DNA from: Pelagibacteraceae bacterium
GTDB lineage: Bacteria; Pseudomonadota; Alphaproteobacteria; HIMB59; GCA-002718135
Assembly (NCBI GenBank): GCA_018657885.1
Contig: JABHWG010000082.1
Span: forward strand, 190-64,189
Length of the DNA: 64,000 nucleotides
Direction: 5' to 3'
Shown: piece after piece, positions 30,516-37,981 of the stretch
Layout: every line of letters begins with the position of its first letter
How positions within the stretch are numbered: the stretch's first letter is position 1
Translations under genes and position numbers: made by a program
The notes under the pieces: generated by a model
What the model was told of the DNA's origin: nothing
Databases searched by the model: none
The model's input: only the letters and a program-made list of their open reading frames with translations

Positions 30516-31247
30516 TTATGATGTTATTTCTTTTATACAAAATAGAGCTACCGTTATAGCAGTATCAGAACGAAGTATAGTATTCCCAAGGGATACTGAT
30601 ATTACGCCATTATTTTGTAAAATTAAATCCTTTTCTCTATCGGAGAACCCCCCCTCTGGACCTATAAGAACTGACCATTTTTTAGTGGAATTTTTTAATG
30701 GCATAATAGTTTCAATTATAGATTTATTATCTGTATTTTTTTCATCACAATAAATTAATTTTCTATCTTTTGGCCAACTATTTAATAAGGATTTAAGACC
30801 CACTTCTTTTTCTATACTGGGGATATCTAATCTTTCAGATTGTTCTGAAGCCTCGATAGCATTTTGATATAAGTTTTTTACATTAATATTTTTGATATTT
30901 GTATATTCTGTAGTGCAGGGAATGATTTTTGATACTCCTAATTCAGTTGCTTTTTGAATAGCTATACTCATTCGGTTTTGTTTTATCGGGGCAAAAATTA
31001 ACCATAGATCAGGTGAAGATTGCATTTTTTTAAAATTTTGAGTAACATGTAATGCTGTATTTTCTCTATTTACCGCAATTACTTTTGAAGTCCATTCCCC
31101 AGAAATTCCATCAAAAACATTTATTTCATCATTAATTTTTATTCGCATAACATTTCTTAGAAAATGATGTTGTTTATCCTTTATAAAAATTATTAAATTT
31201 GATGATATTGAATTGTTAACAAAAATGCGTGTTTTAGATTTTTTCAT
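30516..31247 (-). CDS. rsmE: 16S rRNA (uracil1498-N3)-methyltransferase
   Basis: 243 aa with a PUA-like N-terminus (HHFLRNVMRIKINDEINVFDG) and a SPOUT C-terminus (LIGPEGGFSDRE...LGNTILRSDTA). Confidence 0.88.
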   Translation of the reverse strand: MKKSKTRIFVNNSISSNLIIFIKDKQHHFLRNVMRIKINDEINVFDGISGEWTSKVIAVNRENTALHVTQNFKKMQSSPDLWLIFAPIKQNRMSIAIQKATELGVSKIIPCTTEYTNIKNINVKNLYQNAIEASEQSERLDIPSIEKEVGLKSLLNSWPKDRKLIYCDEKNTDNKSIIETIMPLKNSTKKWSVLIGPEGGFSDREKDLILQNNGVISVSLGNTILRSDTAITVALFCIKEITS

Positions 31248-31489
31248 AATAAGTAATAATACTATTATAAAAAAACATTATTAGTAAATATTTTTTTGTA
31301 CTAATGTTTATTTGTAATCAAAGAAACATCTTTTAGACAATATCTAGATATATTAATATTAAAGCAGTTAATTAATATATTGATCATTTTCTTGAATTAA
31401 TGTTAAATTAAAAATTAATGGAGAACATATTATTTAATTTGAATAACTTGTATTTTATTATTTTTATAATTTTGTTTTTAGGAGATTAA

Positions 31490-32095
31490 ATGTTTTATGA
31501 ACCAAAAAAAGGACATCCGTTTTCTATTGATCCATACAAATCACTTATTTTTCCTCGCCCCATTGGTTGGATCTCTTCTATTAGCAAGAAGGGGATAGCT
31601 AATTTAGCACCTTTTTCATATTTTAATGCACTAGCTGATGATCCACCTCAAGTCATGTTTGCAGCAGGAGCACCTGTTAAACCTCTAAATAAAAAAGATA
31701 CTTTATCAAATATTTTAGTAACTAAAGAATTTGTTGTTAATTTTGCAACAACTACAACAAGAAAACAAATGAATTTATCTTCTGTTGAAGCACCGCAAGA
31801 TGTAGATGAGTTTCTTCTTACTAAACTAAAAAAACGTAAATCTAAATTGGTAAGAGCACCATCGGTAGCAGATAGTCCTGTTAATTTAGAATGTAAATTA
31901 CTTAAAACTTTAAAATTAAAATCTAATACAAAAAAATATACCACTATGATTATTGGAGAAGTTATAGGTATTTATATTAAAGATACCTTTATACAAAAAG
32001 GTAGGGTTAATAGTGTAGCAATGCGATACGTAGCAAGGATGGGGTATTCTGAATATACTACTGTTTCTTCCCGATTTAGAATGAAACGACCATAA
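31490..32095 (+). CDS. flavin reductase family protein (FMN-binding split barrel)
   Basis: 201 aa with PRPIGWISSISKKGIANLAPFSYFNA, typical of flavin reductase-like domain proteins. Confidence 0.8.
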   Translation: MFYEPKKGHPFSIDPYKSLIFPRPIGWISSISKKGIANLAPFSYFNALADDPPQVMFAAGAPVKPLNKKDTLSNILVTKEFVVNFATTTTRKQMNLSSVEAPQDVDEFLLTKLKKRKSKLVRAPSVADSPVNLECKLLKTLKLKSNTKKYTTMIIGEVIGIYIKDTFIQKGRVNSVAMRYVARMGYSEYTTVSSRFRMKRP

Positions 32096-32208
32096 AAATA
32101 GAATTGTGTTTAATTTGCAATTGTAATGTACGATGTATTTCAATCAGTAAAGTAAATTTCTTTATGGATTAGCATTGAAATAATTTTTTTTTATAGTAGG
32201 TTTTTATT

Positions 32209-32652
32209 ATGAATACTCTTAGTTTTTATAGTTCTATTGGTTGGATAACTCTATCAGAGGAAAATAGTCTTATTACTTCTGTTAAGTTTGGAAAGAAAAA
32301 AAATAAAGGTAAAAATGCTGTTTTAATTAAATTAAAAAAACAAATTATGGAATTTACCAAAGGAAAAAGAAAAAAGTTTTCCGTGAAACTTAATATTGAA
32401 GGTTCGGCATTGCAAAAAAATATATGGAAACAATTAAGTAAAATTAGTTATGGTACTACTAAAACATACAGGGATATTGCAAAGACATTACGAACATCCC
32501 CGCGCTATGTTGGAAATGTGTGCGGACAAAATAATCATCTACTTGTCATTCCTTGTCACCGTGTTGTACGATCAGATGGTACTCTTGGAGGCTTTTCAGG
32601 ACTTGGCGGTATAAAATTAAAAAAGAAACTTTTACAACTCGAACAATCATGA
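32209..32652 (+). CDS. ogt: methylated-DNA--protein-cysteine methyltransferase
   Basis: 147 aa with the active site IPCHRVV, preceded by YGTTKTYRDIA. Confidence 0.88.
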   Translation: MNTLSFYSSIGWITLSEENSLITSVKFGKKKNKGKNAVLIKLKKQIMEFTKGKRKKFSVKLNIEGSALQKNIWKQLSKISYGTTKTYRDIAKTLRTSPRYVGNVCGQNNHLLVIPCHRVVRSDGTLGGFSGLGGIKLKKKLLQLEQS

Positions 32653-33374
32653 GTAAAAATATCTTAATTCTTCAACATATTGATATTGAAACACCTGGTT
32701 ACATCTTAGATCTTATGCAAAGAGATAAATTTAATCTTACCGCTATTGAATTAGATGAAGGAGAGAAGATACCAAATAACTTAGATCAATTTGATGGAAT
32801 GTTTTGCATGGGAGGTCCTATGGATACTTGGATGGAAACAGATTATCCCTGGCTTATTGAAGAAAAGAAAAAAATAAAAGAATTTGTTGTTGATTTATCA
32901 AAGCCTTATCTAGGATTTTGTTTAGGATGTCAGTTATTAGGTGAGGTAGTAGGTGGTAATGTGGTTAAATCAACACCTCCTGAAATAGGTATTTTAGATA
33001 TTACTATGAGTGAAACTTATCCTAATGATCATTTATTTGGTAAATTTGATTCAACAATTAAAGCCTTGCAATGGCATAGCTATGAAGTACAAAATTTAGA
33101 ATCAAACAATGATGTGACTTTATTGGGATCTTCACCAACAACAAAATATCAAATCTTTAAATATAAAAACCATGCATATGGTATTCAGTTTCACATTGAG
33201 ATAAAAAACAATACTGTATCGCAGTGGGCATGTGTACCAGAATACGAAATAGCTCTTGAGGATTCTCTTGGAAAAGGCGCTCTTCAAAAATTTGATCAAT
33301 TAGCAAAAGATAATATGAGTTCGATGAATTTTAATGCAGAAAATTTGTATAATAATTTTAAAAAAATTTTGTAA
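32649..33374 (+). CDS. type 1 glutamine amidotransferase (GMP-synthase-like GATase domain protein)
   Basis: I prefer the ATG at 32649 (MSKNILILQH...), which overlaps the ogt stop. The track start at 32553 lies inside ogt. The protein has the nucleophile FCLGCQLLG and the His-Glu pair QFHIE. Confidence 0.8.
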   Translation: MSKNILILQHIDIETPGYILDLMQRDKFNLTAIELDEGEKIPNNLDQFDGMFCMGGPMDTWMETDYPWLIEEKKKIKEFVVDLSKPYLGFCLGCQLLGEVVGGNVVKSTPPEIGILDITMSETYPNDHLFGKFDSTIKALQWHSYEVQNLESNNDVTLLGSSPTTKYQIFKYKNHAYGIQFHIEIKNNTVSQWACVPEYEIALEDSLGKGALQKFDQLAKDNMSSMNFNAENLYNNFKKIL

Positions 33375-33526
33375 AGAGTAATTTAAAATAATCTGTAAAA
33401 TTTTTTTTACTACAAGAATTTGATACTTATTTTTTATCTACCACACTAATAGTTTTACTCAATATAAATAAATAATTCATATTAGACATTTGTAATTTTC
33501 TATCATTTAAATATAAGTATAAAAAA

Positions 33527-34441
33527 ATGAAATTAGGAATTTTAACAGCACCTTTTGAGAATAAAACATTAGAAGAAGTAGCTGATTGGGCTGAAAAAAG
33601 CAGTTTCCACGCCCTTGAAATTGCATGTTGGCCATTGTCAAATGATAAAAAAAGACGATATGCTGGAACAGCTCATATTGATGTTGCAAATATTTCAGAA
33701 ATGCAAGCAAGTGAAATTGTAGAATTTTTATCTAGTAAAAATATAACTATATCTGGATTAGGATATTATCCAAATCCACTTCATCCAGATCCTGAACATC
33801 GAAAAGATATTTTTGATCATTTAAAAAATATAGTTGATTGTGCAAAAAAATTAAAAGTTCCTGTTGTTAATACCTTTTGTGGTGGAGATGCAAAATTAAA
33901 TATAGATGAAAACTGGAAAAGAGCTCAAGAAATTTGGCCAGAATTTATCAAATACACAACAGATCAAGGTGTTCAATTAGCTTTTGAGAATTGCCCAATG
34001 ATATTTAGTTATGATGAGTGGCCAGGTGGACATAACATAGCTTATTCCCCTAATATTTGGAGAAGAATTATTGAAGAATGGAACGGAGCAGTTGGAATGA
34101 ATTTTGATCCAAGTCATTTAATTCTTCAAATGATTAATCAAAAAAAATTTATTTCTGAATTTGGCCCGCACATTAAACATGTACATGCAAAAGATTTAAC
34201 GATTGATGCCGACGGATTATATGAAAATGGTATTTTGTCAAAAGGGATGGGCTGGCAGGTTCCTAAAATGCCAGGACTTGGTGATGTAGATTGGTCTGTT
34301 TTTTTCTCTGAACTTTTAAAGGTAGGTTATGAAGGATCAATTATTATTGAGCATGAAGATAGAAATTTTGAAGAAACAGAAGCTCTACTTAAAGAAGGTT
34401 TTATTCTGGCAAGAGATAATTTAATTCCTTATCTTAAATAA
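33527..34441 (+). CDS. sugar phosphate isomerase/epimerase (xylose-isomerase-like TIM barrel)
   Basis: 304 aa with LEIACWP, LAFENCP, NFDPSHL and IIIEHEDRNFE. Confidence 0.85.
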   Translation: MKLGILTAPFENKTLEEVADWAEKSSFHALEIACWPLSNDKKRRYAGTAHIDVANISEMQASEIVEFLSSKNITISGLGYYPNPLHPDPEHRKDIFDHLKNIVDCAKKLKVPVVNTFCGGDAKLNIDENWKRAQEIWPEFIKYTTDQGVQLAFENCPMIFSYDEWPGGHNIAYSPNIWRRIIEEWNGAVGMNFDPSHLILQMINQKKFISEFGPHIKHVHAKDLTIDADGLYENGILSKGMGWQVPKMPGLGDVDWSVFFSELLKVGYEGSIIIEHEDRNFEETEALLKEGFILARDNLIPYLK

Positions 34442-34682
34442 ATAATTATTTTAAAAAATAATTATAATAAAAAGGAATTATTTTTCTTGAATTATCATCA
34501 CCAATAAAAATTATACTTTTTTTTGTAAATTTTAAATCTTTTAAAAATTTCCAATTTAATGGTGCTGGAATACAGCCAAAGCAGTATTTGATTTTCACTT
34601 TTTTATTATTTGTAGGATATATTCCCATTGGATGATCTAATTTAGATTTTTTAAACTTGCAGATAATTTATGATTTTCATGA

Positions 34683-35134
34683 CAGCTTGTTGATGCTTCT
34701 ATTCTTATTCAGATGAATGAAGGAGCAAAGGGAAGTCTTTCTATTTCTCAGATTGCTACTGGAGAAGAAAAATTTTTTCTGTTTCAGTTTATGGTGATAA
34801 TGGAGCTTTGCATTGGCGACAGGAGAATCCAAACTTTGCAACATTTAATAAAGTAGGTAAACCAAACCAAATCATTACTCGTGGAGGACCAATTCAGCAA
34901 GATGGATTATTAGCTAAATTAAGAATTCCTCCTGGACATCCTGAAGGTTTTTTAGAAGCTTTTGCTCAAATATATACAGATTTAGCTGATGTTATTCAGG
35001 GTTCTGATAATTCTGAAGAAATTAAAATAATATTACCGAATGAAAATGACGGTCTACAGATAATGAAATTTATAAATGCCTCAGTAAACTCAAGTAAAAA
35101 TAATAGTATTTGGAAAGATTTAAGTTCTATTTAA
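34683..35134 (+). pseudogene. Gfo/Idh/MocA oxidoreductase remnant: C-terminal third only, with a frameshift
   Basis: One frame (34683-34790) reads ..DASILIQMNEGAKGSLSISQIATGEE. After the homopolymer tract gaagaaaaatttttt (about 34764-34778), the frame shifted by -1 reads FSVSVYGDNGALHWRQENPNF...PGHPEGFLEAFAQIYTDLADVI through to the stop at 35134. Together they form a typical C-terminal domain of this family. No N-terminal Rossmann domain lies upstream on this strand. Confidence 0.7.
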
Positions 35135-35162
35135 AAAACGCATAACTATATATGCGTTTTTT
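35133..35162 (+). terminator. rho-independent terminator hairpin
   Basis: aaaaaacgcata / tatgcgtttttt form a 12-bp stem (35133-35144 and 35151-35162) with a 6-nt loop. The 3' arm ends in a T-run. Confidence 0.6.
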
Positions 35163-35224
35163 GCATATTTATCATTCTTTAATTAAACTTTAAAAATTTA
35201 ATATTTTAATTAAATATAATATTA

Positions 35225-35272
35225 CGTTCATCATGTTTTCATGACGGAAGTAGACGTAAGTCGAAGGAACGC
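35225..35272 (+). promoter_or_regulatory. glutamine riboswitch-like aptamer (glnA RNA motif), copy 1
   Basis: CGUUCA-UCAUG-UUUU-CAUGA-CGGAAGUAG-AC-GUAA-GU-CGAAGGAACGC. This matches my recollection of the glnA RNA core (CGUUCA...CGGAAGUAG...CGAAGGAACGC), with P1 formed by CGUUC/GAACG. Confidence 0.75.
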
Positions 35273-35289
35273 ATGCAAAGTTATTAAAT

Positions 35290-35338
35290 CGTTCAATTTG
35301 TGAAAGCAGATCGGAAGTAGGTTTTACCGAAGGAACGC
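35290..35338 (+). promoter_or_regulatory. glutamine riboswitch-like aptamer (glnA RNA motif), copy 2
   Basis: CGUUCA-AUUUG-UGAAAG-CAGAU-CGGAAGUAG-GGU-UUU-ACC-GAAGGAACGC. The core strings are identical to copy 1. Both variable helices have different sequences but still pair, which is compensatory change. Confidence 0.75.
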
Positions 35339-35430
35339 GGAACTTATATATTAATTTCCATAGCTAAGCATGAAAAGTAGCACATAACTTATGGTAAGTT
35401 ATGTCATGTGAAATTTATAATGGAGGATTA

Positions 35431-36717
35431 ATGTTTAGAAGATCTCTTTATTTTTTAAGTATTTTATCATTTTTTTTACTATTCAGTTCTTATGCAAAAG
35501 CTGGCGTTGATGCTGAGGTTGCATATATATTGAATACATTTTCTTTCTTAGTTTGTGGCTTTCTTGTAATGTGGATGGCTGCTGGCTTTCTATTTTTAGA
35601 GTCAGGATTAGTGACAACAAAAAGTGTCTCAACTATTGCGGCTAAAAATATTGGAAAATTTGCAATTGTATCAGTTGTATTTTATTTTATTGGTTATAAC
35701 CTTGGATATGGTGTGCCTGAAGGTGGCTTTATTGGAAGTTTATCAATTTGGTCTGATTCAAGTAATTTAGAAACAGGTTATTCAGATGCTTCTGATTGGT
35801 TTTTTCAAGCTTTGTTTGTTTGTGCTACTGCATCTATAGTCTCTGGTGCAGTCTCAGAAAGAATTAAAATTTGGCCATTTTTTTTATTTTCTGCAATATT
35901 AGGAGGATTTATTTATCCTATACAAATGGGTTGGGAGTGGGGCGGTGGCTGGCTTGATGCTCTTGGTTTTGCTGATTTTGCTGGATCTACTCTTGTACAT
36001 GCTTGTGGTGGATCAGCAGCTCTTGCTGGTGTTATAATATTAGGACCTCGTCTTGGCAGATTTTCTCCTACAGGGGAACCTGTTAACATGGCGCCTTTTG
36101 CACCATCTTCAATTCCACTTGTTGCTCTTGGTACTTTTATTTTATGGATGGGCTGGTTTGGATTCAATGGTGGCTCCCAGTTAGCCCTTGGATCTTTTGA
36201 AGATGCAACTGCAATGTCTAAAATATTTATGAATACTCAATTAGCTGCATGTGGAGGTGTTATATCTGGAGCCGTCATCTCACGTTTAGTTGGAGGTAAA
36301 ACAGATGTTGTCATGATGCTGAATGGAGCTCTTGCAGGATTAGTATCAATTACTGCTGAACCTTTAATGCCAAGTCCGATACTTGCTATATGTATTGGAT
36401 TAGTTGGTGGTATAATTATGTATTATGGAACTGCATTCCTTAATTATTTAAAATTAGATGATGTTGTTGGAGCGATACCTGTACATATGTTTGCAGGAAT
36501 TTTTGGAACGATGATCGTCCCTTTAAGTAATCCTAATGCATTATTTACAATTCAGTTATTAGGCGTGGTGTCAGTATGTGTCTTTGTTTTTATTACATCT
36601 TACATCGTAATTTCTGCTATTAAATCCACAATAGGATTAAGAATAAGCGAGGAGGCTGAAAAACTAGGAACAGACAAAGCTGAAGTTGGTGTTATTGCTT
36701 ATTCAATTCGAGATTAA
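35431..36717 (+). CDS. amtB: ammonium transporter
   Basis: I prefer the ATG at 35431 (MFRRSLYFLSILSFF..., with a signal-like N-terminus), which follows GGAGG at 35422-35426. The protein has Amt/MEP blocks FADFAGSTLVHACGG, WMGWFGFNGGS, NGALAGLVSIT and DDVVGAIPVHMFAGIFG. Confidence 0.93.
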   Translation: MFRRSLYFLSILSFFLLFSSYAKAGVDAEVAYILNTFSFLVCGFLVMWMAAGFLFLESGLVTTKSVSTIAAKNIGKFAIVSVVFYFIGYNLGYGVPEGGFIGSLSIWSDSSNLETGYSDASDWFFQALFVCATASIVSGAVSERIKIWPFFLFSAILGGFIYPIQMGWEWGGGWLDALGFADFAGSTLVHACGGSAALAGVIILGPRLGRFSPTGEPVNMAPFAPSSIPLVALGTFILWMGWFGFNGGSQLALGSFEDATAMSKIFMNTQLAACGGVISGAVISRLVGGKTDVVMMLNGALAGLVSITAEPLMPSPILAICIGLVGGIIMYYGTAFLNYLKLDDVVGAIPVHMFAGIFGTMIVPLSNPNALFTIQLLGVVSVCVFVFITSYIVISAIKSTIGLRISEEAEKLGTDKAEVGVIAYSIRD

Positions 36718-36766
36718 TTTTTTTGAAATAGACTTGAATTCGATAAAAATGTCATAAATATAGTAG

Positions 36767-36785
36767 TAGAGGAGTTTCTCCTCTA
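36767..36785 (+). terminator. hairpin after amtB (tagaggag-ttt-ctcctcta) followed by a T-rich stretch
   Basis: Read directly: an 8-bp stem and 3-nt loop, 50 nt after the amtB stop. Confidence 0.45.
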
Positions 36786-36801
36786 TTTACTTTCAATACT
36801 T

Positions 36802-37164
36802 ATGAATGCTGAAGAAATTATAAAATTAATGAAAAAAGCTTTGTATTCTAGTATCAAAAGTCCTGAAATTTTTGGAAAATTTTTTAATAAGTCTATTTTA
36901 CATAATGCCGTTGTTATGGAAATTTTTTCTAATAATATAAATGGTATTTGTTATGAAAAATTATGTTTTAATATTCCAAAATCACTGGGTTCAAGATCAA
37001 GTATTCAAAATTTACTAAAGGAAGGTCTAGATAAAAAATTATTTAATAAAATTGAGAGTCAGGAAGATAAAAGAATAAAAAATTTTTATTTATCAGATCT
37101 ATCTTCTCAAATGGTATTAGATTGGGTTAAAGAGCAAAAAAAAATTTTTAATGGTCAGGATTAA
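36802..37164 (+). CDS. hypothetical protein (120 aa), possibly winged-helix-like
   Basis: A clean ORF in its own space. I see no recognisable motifs, and the weak resemblance to MarR-like wHTH spacing is not supportable without a search. Confidence 0.45.
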   Translation: MNAEEIIKLMKKALYSSIKSPEIFGKFFNKSILHNAVVMEIFSNNINGICYEKLCFNIPKSLGSRSSIQNLLKEGLDKKLFNKIESQEDKRIKNFYLSDLSSQMVLDWVKEQKKIFNGQD

Positions 37165-37169
37165 ATTTT

Positions 37170-37361
37170 ATGAAAACAGTTTTTGTCATCTCTAAAATAA
37201 AATACGCTCTAAAGTATGAAAGAAAGATGCCTGAAAAAGAGGTTCTTAAAATGCAGCCCTTTGTTACTAATAATGGTATTAAACTTGTCAAAACAGAGAA
37301 TTTTAAGATAAAGAAAATTAGTGAAAAAGATAATGAGCGTACATTTGAAATTAACCTGTAA
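37170..37361 (+). CDS. hypothetical small basic protein (63 aa)
   Basis: It starts 6 nt after the previous ORF, on the same strand. The competing antisense ORF (37148-37408) overlaps yqgE and is less plausible. Confidence 0.3.
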   Translation: MKTVFVISKIKYALKYERKMPEKEVLKMQPFVTNNGIKLVKTENFKIKKISEKDNERTFEINL

Positions 37362-37913
37362 CTAAGCTCTACCTGAAAACTGTGATAATTTGTTTGGATC
37401 GACACCAAGTAACCTATAGGCTTTATTCCACTTGTTAGTTACTTCCTCATCAAATAAAAAAGCTGAGTCAGCTGATAAAGTCATCCAACTATTCCCGAGG
37501 ATTTCCTTTTCAATTTGATCTGGCCCCCAACCGGCATAACCTAAGGCAAGAATACTATTTTTTGGACCGTTTCCTTTTGACAAATCTTCAAAAAATTCCG
37601 ATGTACTGGTAAGAGCTACTCCTTTTTCAATAGAAAGAGTTTCTTTTTGTATCACTTCATCAGAGTGTAAGACAAATCCTCTTCCACTTTCAACTGGTCC
37701 GCCATAACGAATATATAATTTTTTATTCCCAAGAGGTTTATCAATTCCAAGTTGCTCCAATAAGTCAGGATATAAATCATAATCTATTTTTTTATTGATA
37801 ATAATACCCATTGCTCCTTCAGATGAATGAGCACACATATATATAACCGTCTTGTAAAATCTTTCATCTTCTAGTGAAGGCATTGAGATTAATAGTTTTC
37901 CAGTTAAATTCAT
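37362..37913 (-). CDS. yqgE: YqgE/AlgH family protein (UPF0301)
   Basis: 183 aa with LLISMPSLEDERFYKTVIYMCAHSSEGAMGIIINK and GYAGWGPDQIEKEI. Confidence 0.88.
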   Translation of the reverse strand: MNLTGKLLISMPSLEDERFYKTVIYMCAHSSEGAMGIIINKKIDYDLYPDLLEQLGIDKPLGNKKLYIRYGGPVESGRGFVLHSDEVIQKETLSIEKGVALTSTSEFFEDLSKGNGPKNSILALGYAGWGPDQIEKEILGNSWMTLSADSAFLFDEEVTNKWNKAYRLLGVDPNKLSQFSGRA

Positions 37914-37981
37914 AATTATATATATTCGTATTATTTATAGTATTTCAATAGCTTATTACTATATATTAGTTATTATTTTAG

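Noticed and set aside
28601-33710. Embedded or overlapping ORFs 28601-28789 (-), 29290-29505 (-), 31648-31944 (-), 31916-32143 (-) and 33507-33710 (-).
   Set aside because: They are antisense to coxC, ctaB, the flavin reductase and the isomerase start, and no motifs support them.
37148-37408. 86-aa ORF on the minus strand spanning the gap between the hypothetical gene and yqgE.
   Set aside because: It overlaps the 3' end of yqgE in another frame and the alternative plus-strand 63-aa ORF. It is hydrophobic and low-complexity. I kept the plus-strand ORF, at low confidence, as the better fit to operon geometry.
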